From the NCBI GenBank assembly GCA_008369845.1, contig MRSU01000422.1, positions 1 to 53,339 on the forward strand: a stretch of 53,339 bases of DNA, in the 5' to 3' direction. This stretch comes from Trichomonas gallinae (Eukaryota). The position numbers and the translations under genes are program-made. The stretch's first letter is position 1, and the number at the start of each line of letters is the position of its first letter. Under the pieces are notes generated by a model that made no database searches, was not told where the DNA came from, and was given only the letters and a program-made list of their open reading frames with translations. Shown here piece by piece: positions 39,638 to 49,888 of this stretch.

Positions 39638-40969
39638 ATGAATAGAACAAAAATTGTTTTCATTGGAGCAGATGCCTCTGTATTTCATATATTTAACACT
39701 GTTTATAGGAATGATGACAGATTTGAAATCTTATTCTTTTTCAATCCATTGATTAACGGAGTTTTTAATCAAAATACGAAATATCCACCGAATTTAGCTG
39801 GTCCAATATATCCAAACGGCATACCTATTCTTAACATCGTCAAATTCCAATCGTATTTAACAACTTATAAAGTTGAAAAATGTATATTTTCTCATCAACT
39901 TGTTTCTTCAGGATCATATCTCAATTTTGCGGCTCAATGTTTAGCTGCAGGATGCCAAGTTATTTCTCATAACTTAGATCTCACAAGACTCACTCCCCCG
40001 AAACCATTAGTTTCTTATTTCTCAGATACTCAGTTTGACTACGAAATCCTCAAGAAAATCATAGACACATATACAAAGAACATGAAGCTAATGCCAATAG
40101 TTGCATTTTTCGGTCCATTGAGCGGACTTTCAGGCGAACCATTTAAACGCTTCAACGATGCAGGAAATTTCGTCAGGAGTAAGTTCATTTTAGATGATCA
40201 TACACGAACAATGTGCGAAAACATCCTTCAAAGCGGAATTCCAATATCATTTATTTATGATTTCGATAAATTCTGCCAAGCAGCAGTCAGAGATAATAGC
40301 TTCGACATGATTATTCATGTTGGTTTCAATTCGCTTCCCTGCTTCTTTAAATCTCACTTGCAGATTTATTCATGCGATGAATTCACTTTTCCAGACGATA
40401 TCTCTCACCACAGCTCATCCATTATCACCGAGCAAAGTGATGTAATCATATACGCATACCTCAAATCCCCAGACGGCATCAAGAAATTCAAACATAAAAC
40501 TGACACAAGGAAATTCGCGACAGTTAACATCAACTTTTCACTTCCATCATCAATACAGCCAACATCCAAGCCAGTTATTATCGTGGACGACCCATATCCA
40601 ACGAAAACATGCACGGCTGTTAGCTCTATCTCACGGTATATCGCAGAACACATGGCCATGAAAATTGTTGAACCACCGAAGACAAATGACCCGAATATGA
40701 TCGGATCAATCTACTTCGAGCCGACAGAAAAGGAATGGCCTGCAATGATAATACCAGAATCAATCGATACAAACGGAATCGCGCAGTTTGTTGACACAGT
40801 AAACAAGATTGACGCGGACTTAGTTATTTCCAGCGCACAAAAGCCTCCGCCACCAAAAGTACTCGACGGAAAATCGCTCATCCAAGTTAAGTTCACTTCA
40901 GACACTTCATCAATAACAGAGGATCTCTTAGAACTCCCTGCGAGCGCTTTCATCAAACAAAGATTCTAA
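39638..40969 (+). CDS. divergent COG2403/ArcE (arginine synthetase, cDPG-synthetase-related)-like protein lacking the P-loop
   Basis: KIVFIGA...FHIFNTVYRND, YPPNLAGPIYPNGIPI, AAQCLAAG, DMIIHVGFN, SDVII, KPVIIVDD, PAM and TVNKIDADLVI are collinear with the prokaryotic family as I recall it; no GxGKS is present. Confidence 0.75.
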   Translation: MNRTKIVFIGADASVFHIFNTVYRNDDRFEILFFFNPLINGVFNQNTKYPPNLAGPIYPNGIPILNIVKFQSYLTTYKVEKCIFSHQLVSSGSYLNFAAQCLAAGCQVISHNLDLTRLTPPKPLVSYFSDTQFDYEILKKIIDTYTKNMKLMPIVAFFGPLSGLSGEPFKRFNDAGNFVRSKFILDDHTRTMCENILQSGIPISFIYDFDKFCQAAVRDNSFDMIIHVGFNSLPCFFKSHLQIYSCDEFTFPDDISHHSSSIITEQSDVIIYAYLKSPDGIKKFKHKTDTRKFATVNINFSLPSSIQPTSKPVIIVDDPYPTKTCTAVSSISRYIAEHMAMKIVEPPKTNDPNMIGSIYFEPTEKEWPAMIIPESIDTNGIAQFVDTVNKIDADLVISSAQKPPPPKVLDGKSLIQVKFTSDTSSITEDLLELPASAFIKQRF

Positions 40970-41423
40970 TCTTTTTATTTGTTTTTCGATTTTGTCTATA
41001 ATAAAACTAGAACTACTAACTATTCAACATTTAGTAAAACAATTTTACAATGAATAAATAACACTTTAGAAAATCTTTGGTAAATTCTCACTTGCGAACT
41101 TTTTATATAGTTTACAAAATTTTAAGTATGAGAGGAAAATTATAAAGTATGTCATGGTTTACAAAGTTCTCAAAATTGAGAGAAAGTGGACTTTACTTTT
41201 TGCGAGACTTTGATTTTTTCGTATTGTTAGTAATTAACATCCAATCTCTGTGTTTTTGAAAGATATATGGCCTTGATCATATTTTTATGATTGTAATGCT
41301 TGTGAAAATAAAGAATGAACAGTTCTGTATTCAATAAATTGGAAATCAGAAATAAGGTTATGTGTTAAGGTTATTTTTGAAAATTTTGACATTAAAAAGT
41401 GAAGTATATTTCCTTCACTTTTA

Positions 41424-42800
41424 ATGGAGTATAAGGACCAAGATATAGCTAAGTCTGATGTAAAAGAACAAATTAATATTGACTTCGAAGATGTTATAAG
41501 CAATATCTTTGCTAACAATCAAGTTTACCAAATCAATGGATGGTCACAGCTAGAGAAAATTGCAAAGAAACATCCACATCTTTTTAGAGATTATGTGTTT
41601 CTTTCAGAGTTAGTCAAAATTTTAGACAGAGAATGCTATGATTTTGTCAACAATGAAGGTTATTCTACACGACATGACAGATTTTTTGATTTACTATCTG
41701 TTATAGTTGATTCGAAATGCGAAGATGTTATAAGACCAGTATTTTATGAATGGCCGACAATTGTTAATGCAATATTCGACCAACTTGCTCAAACTATTCC
41801 ACCACAGGTCACTGTTTCTATTTATAGATTGATAAAGAAACTCTGCGCTCATGATATTGATTTCACAAAAAATTTTCCAGATAATTTTGATCAAAAAACA
41901 CTAGATTTATTAGATATAGCTAAGAAAACAACAGAATATCTTGAAAGACGCTATCTACTTGAATCAATTCTCGGTTTGTTACCATTTATATTGATTTATT
42001 ATTCGAAGATTGAAAGATCAAATTATGCATTTGTGCGTGAAATATTAGACATCTGTTTCGGAACCCCTGGCTTAACAATTGCTACATTGCACTGTTTAGC
42101 TGAAATTATTTATGATGCAACTCCAGGTGCAAAATCACTTGTTATCCCAGAATACATACAAAATCTTATAGAATGCGCAAATAAACAAGATAATGAACTT
42201 CAATCATATTCATTGATATGCTTGCAAAATTATGCTGCAATGGATGACACAACAGCAACTATGCTTAGTGCATATAACGTGTATAACATCGATTACACCC
42301 AATTAATAGAAGATCGTAGTAAGAAAATATATTTGGAATTGATGAAAAATCTTGCACTAGCAGAATTAAATGTTAAAGATCAATATATACAGAGCCCATG
42401 GTTCCAATATATCATTCAGACTGACTTCCACAATGAAACCATTTTTTATAGGGATGGTGTTGCAATTATTTTTGCAAGATTGCTGACATTTAGTACAGAA
42501 ATGACCAAGGCGCTAATAACTGACAATCCAATGATGCTTGAACTAGTTATAGATCAAGCTCCTTCAATTTCAGGACGAAATATATATTCCATTCTTAAAA
42601 TGGTGGATTATTTGCTATATATACTTAATACAGATGAATCCTGGCCACAAGCGCAATATGTGAACGAAATGCTTCACAATGAAGATTTCTTAGATTTCTT
42701 AGAAAACATTGAAGATCAAACTGATATTGAGAAATTTATAGTTTCAGCACATAATATTTTTGAAAAGTTAACAGCAGAACAGGATGAAAATCCCGCTTAA
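41424..42800 (+). CDS. hypothetical ARM-like helical repeat protein
   Basis: 458-aa acidic, helical ORF (TLHCLAEII, SLICLQNYAA); Inr TCACTTTT immediately upstream (41415-41422). Confidence 0.75.
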   Translation: MEYKDQDIAKSDVKEQINIDFEDVISNIFANNQVYQINGWSQLEKIAKKHPHLFRDYVFLSELVKILDRECYDFVNNEGYSTRHDRFFDLLSVIVDSKCEDVIRPVFYEWPTIVNAIFDQLAQTIPPQVTVSIYRLIKKLCAHDIDFTKNFPDNFDQKTLDLLDIAKKTTEYLERRYLLESILGLLPFILIYYSKIERSNYAFVREILDICFGTPGLTIATLHCLAEIIYDATPGAKSLVIPEYIQNLIECANKQDNELQSYSLICLQNYAAMDDTTATMLSAYNVYNIDYTQLIEDRSKKIYLELMKNLALAELNVKDQYIQSPWFQYIIQTDFHNETIFYRDGVAIIFARLLTFSTEMTKALITDNPMMLELVIDQAPSISGRNIYSILKMVDYLLYILNTDESWPQAQYVNEMLHNEDFLDFLENIEDQTDIEKFIVSAHNIFEKLTAEQDENPA

Positions 42801-43372
42801 CTTTATAAATTTTTTGTTTGTTTATTTTTATACGATTTATATTAAAATATAATCATTTTATAGAAGATATCTATACATTAGCATAATAAAACAATATATT
42901 TTTGATAAAATTCAAATTGTGAAACAAAATAAGTCATTTCTTTCTCTCACACAACACTTATTGTTTAATTCACAACTTTGATGATGGATTGACACTTAAT
43001 GATAATCTTAATTCCATTTTTTTTTTTATCCCGCGAAAAATATCAAATGATATTGAAACTCATGAGACGATCACAATGTTACAAAACTCAAATTAGATCT
43101 ATTACAACAAATAATGCTCGTTTTTTGAATAATATTTTTGTTTTCAAATTTTTTTCAGGCTTAAGATGTTGTTAAATAGCAAATTTATTTATTGTGGCTT
43201 GTATAATTCATATAACCAAAGTGTAGATGAATAAAAACTAATTTTGAAGATTTTGAAAAATATATTTGCAAAATCGCAAAATTTTGTAAAAATCAGCATT
43301 TATATAGTACAATAAGTCCAAATATCAAATAAAATTTAATTTCCAAAAAAGTCACAAAAATTTTTTTCAAAA

Positions 43373-46300
43373 ATGTTTGATAATGTTACGGATTTGTTAT
43401 TGGCTGGCGTAAACCTGTCTCCACAACAGCAAAGTCAATTCGATTCCGTCAAGTCTACACCATCGCTTGAGTTTTTCAACAAAAATCCGCAGAATTATGA
43501 TCCAAAGGATAAAAATGATAAAGCTTCCTTCGATAAGGCATCATTACTCCGCTTGATTCAAGCTGTTTTCGTCATCAGCCATGATTCTAAGCACCCACAT
43601 CAAAAAATGTGCAAGCAATTTGTTGATTCAGCAAATAATTCAAACATTTTGAAGACAATTCTATCGCAATTACCAGATTTTCAGAAAGTTGTGTTACTTG
43701 AGACAGTTATCATCATCGCGGAAGAAAAACCAAATTATTTTACAAATCCAGACTTTGTTAAAACATTAATGGAATATGCTAAAACTGTTCCATCACATCT
43801 CAAGCCATTGATTTGCTTCCCATTGCTTCAATATATCTCGCTTAAAGACGTTTTTGATGAAAAAATCAAATCACCAAACGAAATTCCGAGAGATTTACTT
43901 GAAGAAATCGATGACAAAGTATATGCCCCACTTATTACAGCAACATATTTAATATCAGATCACAATCAAGTTAATAATTCACTAAAATGTTTTGATATTT
44001 TCGAAATTCTTCGTTCATCATGGATGATTTCTGCTATTAAGCTTCTATCTCCAAAAGCACTCTCAATTTGCTGCAATCACGTTTTTAGCTTTGTTTCATT
44101 ATTTATCAAGATTTTTATTAAAGATATCACAGCAAAACTCTTCGAATCTCGACTTATACCATTAGTTTCAGCAACGCTTCGTAAAGAACCACAAAATTTC
44201 ATGGTTTTCATTGATAAAGTATATAATGTTTTTTCGCAGAGATCTTTAATCTGCACATATTCATCAATCATCTCAATAGCAAGCTCAGCATGTTCCAATC
44301 CTTATAATGCTCAAAAAATCCTCGAAAAATTTATACAAATGGATAATCACGCAGAACCATTAATCAAGCAGCTATTCAATCATCTAAAGTACTGCCTGAT
44401 GGATGTGATATCAACGGAAGTCTCAGATGACTCATGGAACACATTTTTCTTGCTCCAAAGATTCACGAAATATTTATGCGAGGATAATCTCAAACTTTTA
44501 ATTCACAAGTTCGTCACTTATACACGCGACCAAGTTCCACCTGAAGAGGAGCCTTTCGTCTTCTATGCCTTCCTTTTCGAGTTCTTCGAGAACCCTCTTT
44601 TCTCTAGATTCGCGACGAAATCTTTCGCTTATTCATCCGTCGTTTATCCGCACGAAGCACGCAAGTTCCTTGAGGATTTGATGCTCAACAACAGCCTCTC
44701 GCACAAGAAGTTCACAGACATAATGAACAGCGACACAAGGAACATCTGCGCATTAACAAGGTCTGCCAAGATTTTCATCGCTAATCATTTCACTTTCGCT
44801 ACAATGAAGCAGCCCGTGTCACCTTTTGTTACAATGCTCATCAAGCAGTACTTCCCTGACTGCGTATACAAGAAGTTTGACGCTCACGCTGGCCGCTGGA
44901 AGGCGCTGAAAGTCATGCTCGAAGCAGCCCTGGATTTATCAGTTTGCTCGCATGAATTTGCCTTCCAAATACAGAACGATGAAGGCTTCGTCCGCTCTCT
45001 TCTTGCCATTATTTTAGCATCATCCAATGTCATACAGAAGCCGCACACGATTTCAAACGAGAATGAGTCAGACAGATTTGATTTTAACGACCTTCTTCCA
45101 ATCATAGAGTTTTTGTCAATTGCTTTAGCATTGTTTGAGCTGCTTGTCTCTATTAACCTGATTTCTCACAAAGAGATTTCTTATTTGTGCAAGACGTTCT
45201 TTGACGGGCACACAGATATATTCTCGACCCTCATTTCACTCCTTCAGCTTCCGCAAGCATTTGCTTCGACAATCAGATTCGCTGCATTGAGAATCATTGA
45301 CTTAATGTGTGCAGTTGCTGCCAGGATGAACAACATCTCTGTGGATTCATTCTATCCTAACTCAAAACAAGCTGTCTTAGTCGATTCATCGAAGCAGAAT
45401 CTTTTCCACGCAATCGACGTCGAGCAGACAATAAACGAGCTCGATTTTATCTCACACACATTGATAACGCAGACGGCCTTCGCATATTCATTCGTGCGCA
45501 GACTCGGCAGAGCTTACGCTACAACAGCCGTCGACAAACTCGACGAAATCGGCAAAGAATTCCCAAGATTATTGATGTCTTTAGCTTTGTTTTTATCACA
45601 AGTCTGGCGCAAACTCAACGCGTCGTCAGAGACAATCAAAGCTATTGCTGGCAAGCCTAACTTCTGGTCTTCAGTTGATAAGATCATAACAAGCTCGCCA
45701 ACGACAAAATCAGAAGATGACACAACAGCTATGATTGCCGCCAAAGCTTATTTCTTGAGATGCAAAGTTTGCTCGGACGAACAAGTTTCTGATTCCATAG
45801 TGAAAAGTGTTATCGATCAACTAGCCAAATTCCTTCCTGAAGTTTTACCTCCGCTCAAGACCAGCATTAAAATCGACATGAACAATTTCATTGTGCCAAA
45901 GATACATAGAATAATCGGCGAAGAATTTTACTTCGATGTCAATTTGCTCAAAAGATTCTTAGTTGCTGTAGATGGCTGCGAAGAGTTCATTGCTCACGTT
46001 AAGAAGATCAATGCTAGCCTCAGCAGAATCGACGCTTGCACGCAGCTCATGCAGGCTCTTTACGCACTCCTCGCTTCAAGGACTAAATACGAGAAAGAAG
46101 AATTGATGCCTGATACACAATTGATTGTCAATCTAGTTATTTCTGTAATTTCTAATCCACTCACACCAGACTCTACATCAAGAGTTGCCTTCCAGCTTCT
46201 AGAGTTCTCTTTGCTGAACAAGAAAGGAGCATCAGCAGTTTTGTCAGTCAACGACATCAAAGTTTTGATCAAATTCTTGCAGAATAGGCCGATTTCGGAG

Positions 46301-47455
46301 GCTTTCCGCTGCCTTCCTTATCTTTTAGCTCTTTCTGCAGTCCCACTCGCGAACGATAACGGACAGCCGCTTATCGCTCACATGATGGATTCTTGCTTCC
46401 AGTTCGCGATAATGCATAATAATGCAGACGCGATTAAAACGGCAGCTCAGATCGCTTTGATATTGAGAGATGTAGATGGATGGATCAGCGGATTTGCTGA
46501 TTCACTCAACTTCGCCATGTCGCCATTGATGAACAGCTTCCTCGCGAACGAGATGGTGAACTTCATCACAGTTGTTTGCCAAAACGACGCAAACTCAGAG
46601 TTTTTAATCAACGAAGGTTTCTTCGAGAATTTCATAACCAATGAACTTCCTTGCGCTGAAGACTGGAAGTCTCCTCTCTGGCCAGCCTTATTTGACATGA
46701 TTGCTCAGTTGCCTCCACAGAGCGAAGTTGCCTTCATGTTCGCGCAAAAGACAACAACACAAATCGCAGTTTTCCTCCAGAACAGATCAATTGAAGGAAT
46801 GAAACAGATCGATTTGCTCAAAGCGCAGACAGCTGCCCTCGGCATGCTTTCATCAATAGGCAGCAGACTCATTGAGCAGACAACGAACGCACCGTCACTC
46901 TTGTCAAAGCTCATTGAGTTGATTTTAGTTCGTCTTCATTCTTCGATTGCTTTGATTAGAGATAAAGGACAAGTTAAACTCGAAGGAAGAATCGAAGATA
47001 CTAATGACAGAAACGAGAAGCTCACTATAATTGTTGCTTTGCAGTATTGCTTCATGATCATATCGTCTGTCTATGAGTATCCTTACGGTGGCCCATTCCC
47101 GACAATCTTCGAGGAAATTCTTAATGTTTCGATGTACACTTTCCTTTCAGATGTTTTGGAGAGCATCGAAGAAATCGCGTGCAAGAAGGACAACAGACCT
47201 TACTTGGACATTGTAGCCAGGATATACGGACTTGCTCTCAGGCTCTATGTTGCTAGAGTCAAAGCCATCACCAACCAGATGATGACTCCAAGAGAAGAGA
47301 ACGAAAAGAAAGGACAGAAACTTCGCGGCGCGATGACAAAGGCGCTAAAGGCGACAGAGTCTCTCATCAACGAGACAGCCGCCGCAAATATGATAGAAGA
47401 GGCAAGCTTCTTCGATAAGATGAGGAAGTACCTCCTCGAATGCTATAATAAATAA
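43373..47455 (+). CDS. large alpha-solenoid protein, probable nucleoporin Nup188-like
   Basis: YFPDCVYKKFDAHAGRW, PRLLMSLALFLSQVW...KPNFW, RIIGEEFYFDVNLL and NASLSRIDA resemble successive Nup188 motifs. GTCAC lies ~20 nt upstream; stop is within TAAA. Confidence 0.55.
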   Translation: MFDNVTDLLLAGVNLSPQQQSQFDSVKSTPSLEFFNKNPQNYDPKDKNDKASFDKASLLRLIQAVFVISHDSKHPHQKMCKQFVDSANNSNILKTILSQLPDFQKVVLLETVIIIAEEKPNYFTNPDFVKTLMEYAKTVPSHLKPLICFPLLQYISLKDVFDEKIKSPNEIPRDLLEEIDDKVYAPLITATYLISDHNQVNNSLKCFDIFEILRSSWMISAIKLLSPKALSICCNHVFSFVSLFIKIFIKDITAKLFESRLIPLVSATLRKEPQNFMVFIDKVYNVFSQRSLICTYSSIISIASSACSNPYNAQKILEKFIQMDNHAEPLIKQLFNHLKYCLMDVISTEVSDDSWNTFFLLQRFTKYLCEDNLKLLIHKFVTYTRDQVPPEEEPFVFYAFLFEFFENPLFSRFATKSFAYSSVVYPHEARKFLEDLMLNNSLSHKKFTDIMNSDTRNICALTRSAKIFIANHFTFATMKQPVSPFVTMLIKQYFPDCVYKKFDAHAGRWKALKVMLEAALDLSVCSHEFAFQIQNDEGFVRSLLAIILASSNVIQKPHTISNENESDRFDFNDLLPIIEFLSIALALFELLVSINLISHKEISYLCKTFFDGHTDIFSTLISLLQLPQAFASTIRFAALRIIDLMCAVAARMNNISVDSFYPNSKQAVLVDSSKQNLFHAIDVEQTINELDFISHTLITQTAFAYSFVRRLGRAYATTAVDKLDEIGKEFPRLLMSLALFLSQVWRKLNASSETIKAIAGKPNFWSSVDKIITSSPTTKSEDDTTAMIAAKAYFLRCKVCSDEQVSDSIVKSVIDQLAKFLPEVLPPLKTSIKIDMNNFIVPKIHRIIGEEFYFDVNLLKRFLVAVDGCEEFIAHVKKINASLSRIDACTQLMQALYALLASRTKYEKEELMPDTQLIVNLVISVISNPLTPDSTSRVAFQLLEFSLLNKKGASAVLSVNDIKVLIKFLQNRPISEAFRCLPYLLALSAVPLANDNGQPLIAHMMDSCFQFAIMHNNADAIKTAAQIALILRDVDGWISGFADSLNFAMSPLMNSFLANEMVNFITVVCQNDANSEFLINEGFFENFITNELPCAEDWKSPLWPALFDMIAQLPPQSEVAFMFAQKTTTQIAVFLQNRSIEGMKQIDLLKAQTAALGMLSSIGSRLIEQTTNAPSLLSKLIELILVRLHSSIALIRDKGQVKLEGRIEDTNDRNEKLTIIVALQYCFMIISSVYEYPYGGPFPTIFEEILNVSMYTFLSDVLESIEEIACKKDNRPYLDIVARIYGLALRLYVARVKAITNQMMTPREENEKKGQKLRGAMTKALKATESLINETAAANMIEEASFFDKMRKYLLECYNK

Positions 47456-47819
47456 AGATATTATTTAGAATTAATTTAATCAGATTTATTTTATATAATT
47501 AATCTATCTTAAAAACACATAACTACTCAAATTTATAAAAAATTATTGTTTATCGATAATTCGCTCAAAATAAATATGAAAAATTTTCAAAATGCAAATT
47601 GACCTTTTGAATCAAATGAAATAATAATTATTTATCAGTATATATCAAACATTGAATGCATTTCGAAATCAAATCACTTATAATAATTTGAATTTGAAAA
47701 TAATTATTAAGAAGCAGTTTTTGAATTTGATTTTGCTTATTTATGTTATTTCTTGTAATTTTGCATTGTATTTAGTTATAAAATAAAATGAATAAATCAT
47801 TCTTTATAAAATACTCACA

Positions 47820-49112
47820 TTAGGCCTTCTTGGTGTTTACAACTCTGCGCTTTATTGCAATTACAGCCATCAAAGATGATGCAATTATTGCAAATCCGCA
47901 AATTAATCCAAGTATATCTTTTGTATCGCGGCCTTTCATCAATTGCAAAATGAGGGTGACAATAAGACTCTGTGGGACTCTAATTACGCCCATCAAATGC
48001 TTTCTAATATTTGATGGATAAATATCTGTTCTGTGGATCCACATACCGCTATTTACAGCACCATCAGACATAGCAGCGCAAATATAGGCGATGAATAACA
48101 TGGTTTTGTTCTCATACATCATATACATCATAGAAACAGCGATTGAGAAAGAGAAGAAGCTTCCTGTAAGTCCGGCAGAAGATGTGACGAATGTAATGGC
48201 GGCAGCGAAGATCTGGGCACCGTTCATCGATGAGATCGAAGCTGTATTTGAAATTTGCGAGAATGGTAATTTATCATTCTTGTCGATTTTGAGGAAAGCA
48301 GTCCATCTTGGGTTATATAAGAGGAGCAACATGCCGGATAAGAAGTCAATGGCAAGGAAAATCGCATATTCGAAGTTTTTAAGATTTTTAACAATTTCTT
48401 TTCCAGCGCCAAAAAGACCGACGTTTTTATCAACACTGCGAGTGAAGCGTGGCATGGTAATGAAAATAATTGTTGCTGACGTTCCAAATAATATTGTCGA
48501 TCCTAAAAATGCAGCCTTTGAACCAAATTTCGTTGTGATCTGTGTGGAGATAGACGCCAAGACTAAGTTAAGGATAAAATTGATCAGAGCTGAGTTTTCT
48601 TTAATAATTGCTTGAGATTCTTTAGGCGCTTTGTTTTCTTCAAGCTGAACAGCGAGCCAGTCCTCGAAAACAACCCTGTTGGATGCTGTTGAGACACCCA
48701 TGAGTAATGAAGCAAGTAAAAATGATGTATATGTGCCGATATATCTGCAAAAAGCGCTAGCGCCAAGTAAGATGGCTGAAAGTACGATTAAGTTCTTGTG
48801 TCCGAGAAGTTCGCATATGTAGCCAATGAAGAAGCCCCAAATAGCCGAAACAACGTTGAATGTTGACATGATATTGTCGATCTGTGGATTAGAGATGCCT
48901 GCTTCGTGGTACCAATGATGCACGTATGGTCCTTGGAAAATAAAACCAGATAAGAATGAGAAATAGCAAATAAAATACTTAATTTGTAATCGAGTCATAA
49001 AAGAATCATGCGCTTGCGACACTTTTCTCCATTTGTATAGTTTTGCGACAGCTCCAATAACAGCTGTGGTTATGAAAACGTAGAAAACAAGGTCTGCATT
49101 GAGTGGAATCAT
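47820..49112 (-). CDS. MFS transporter, MFSD5/MOT2 (DUF791)-like
   Basis: LQIKYFICY...FQGPYV...Y, VFEDW, R...PSNIRKHLMGVIRVP and many hydrophobic segments. First ATG is 49112. Confidence 0.85.
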   Translation of the reverse strand: MIPLNADLVFYVFITTAVIGAVAKLYKWRKVSQAHDSFMTRLQIKYFICYFSFLSGFIFQGPYVHHWYHEAGISNPQIDNIMSTFNVVSAIWGFFIGYICELLGHKNLIVLSAILLGASAFCRYIGTYTSFLLASLLMGVSTASNRVVFEDWLAVQLEENKAPKESQAIIKENSALINFILNLVLASISTQITTKFGSKAAFLGSTILFGTSATIIFITMPRFTRSVDKNVGLFGAGKEIVKNLKNFEYAIFLAIDFLSGMLLLLYNPRWTAFLKIDKNDKLPFSQISNTASISSMNGAQIFAAAITFVTSSAGLTGSFFSFSIAVSMMYMMYENKTMLFIAYICAAMSDGAVNSGMWIHRTDIYPSNIRKHLMGVIRVPQSLIVTLILQLMKGRDTKDILGLICGFAIIASSLMAVIAIKRRVVNTKKA

Positions 49113-49888
49113 GATTTTTTTTTTGAAAATTTTTGTCACATTTTTTTCATCGAATGAAATGATAACCTTATTAGTTTACATGACCAAATAACCAAAATCG
49201 AGAGTCGTCCATGCCTGATAAATTGTTTCACTTTTTAGCTTACAACTATATGTATTTCTTGAAGTATTTTATACAAGATTTGCCAATTCATGTTATAAAA
49301 TGGATTCAAACAGCTTGCGTATTTGTATAAGCCAACTCATCCTTCAAACTACATCATATCTATCTATATTCCTTATGGAACAAACTTTCATTAGAAGCAA
49401 GTAAAATACTACACGAATATTTTGCTATTTGTAAATAATTACCTTCCTTGGGCACTATATTCTCTTTCTACATTGTGTTATTGCATCAATATTAAATATT
49501 GTTGATATCAATTGATATTTTGCCATGTAAAGTGATAATTTATATCAATACTTGACAAATCAGTTTTTACATGACAGATCAAAATGAGGATGGCGCAACC
49601 CTATTATTCAAAGTTGCATGGAATAAAAGTGTTGAAGCTATCACAAAAATCGACAGTAATTTTGTATTGTTTCAGCACCATTTCATATTCTTTGTATGAA
49701 TTGGTGATTTGACATGTAAAGTGACAAAATGTCAATGACTATTAATTGAAAAAGTGACAACATTTCTCAAATAAAACTCAACAATTCTTTGAAATATAGC
49801 ATTAACATGAGAGATAGAATGCAAATATGCAGTTTAGAGTCCTTTTAGAAATTCCAGTTTACAATAATCGTATGTCATTTTGACAAAT

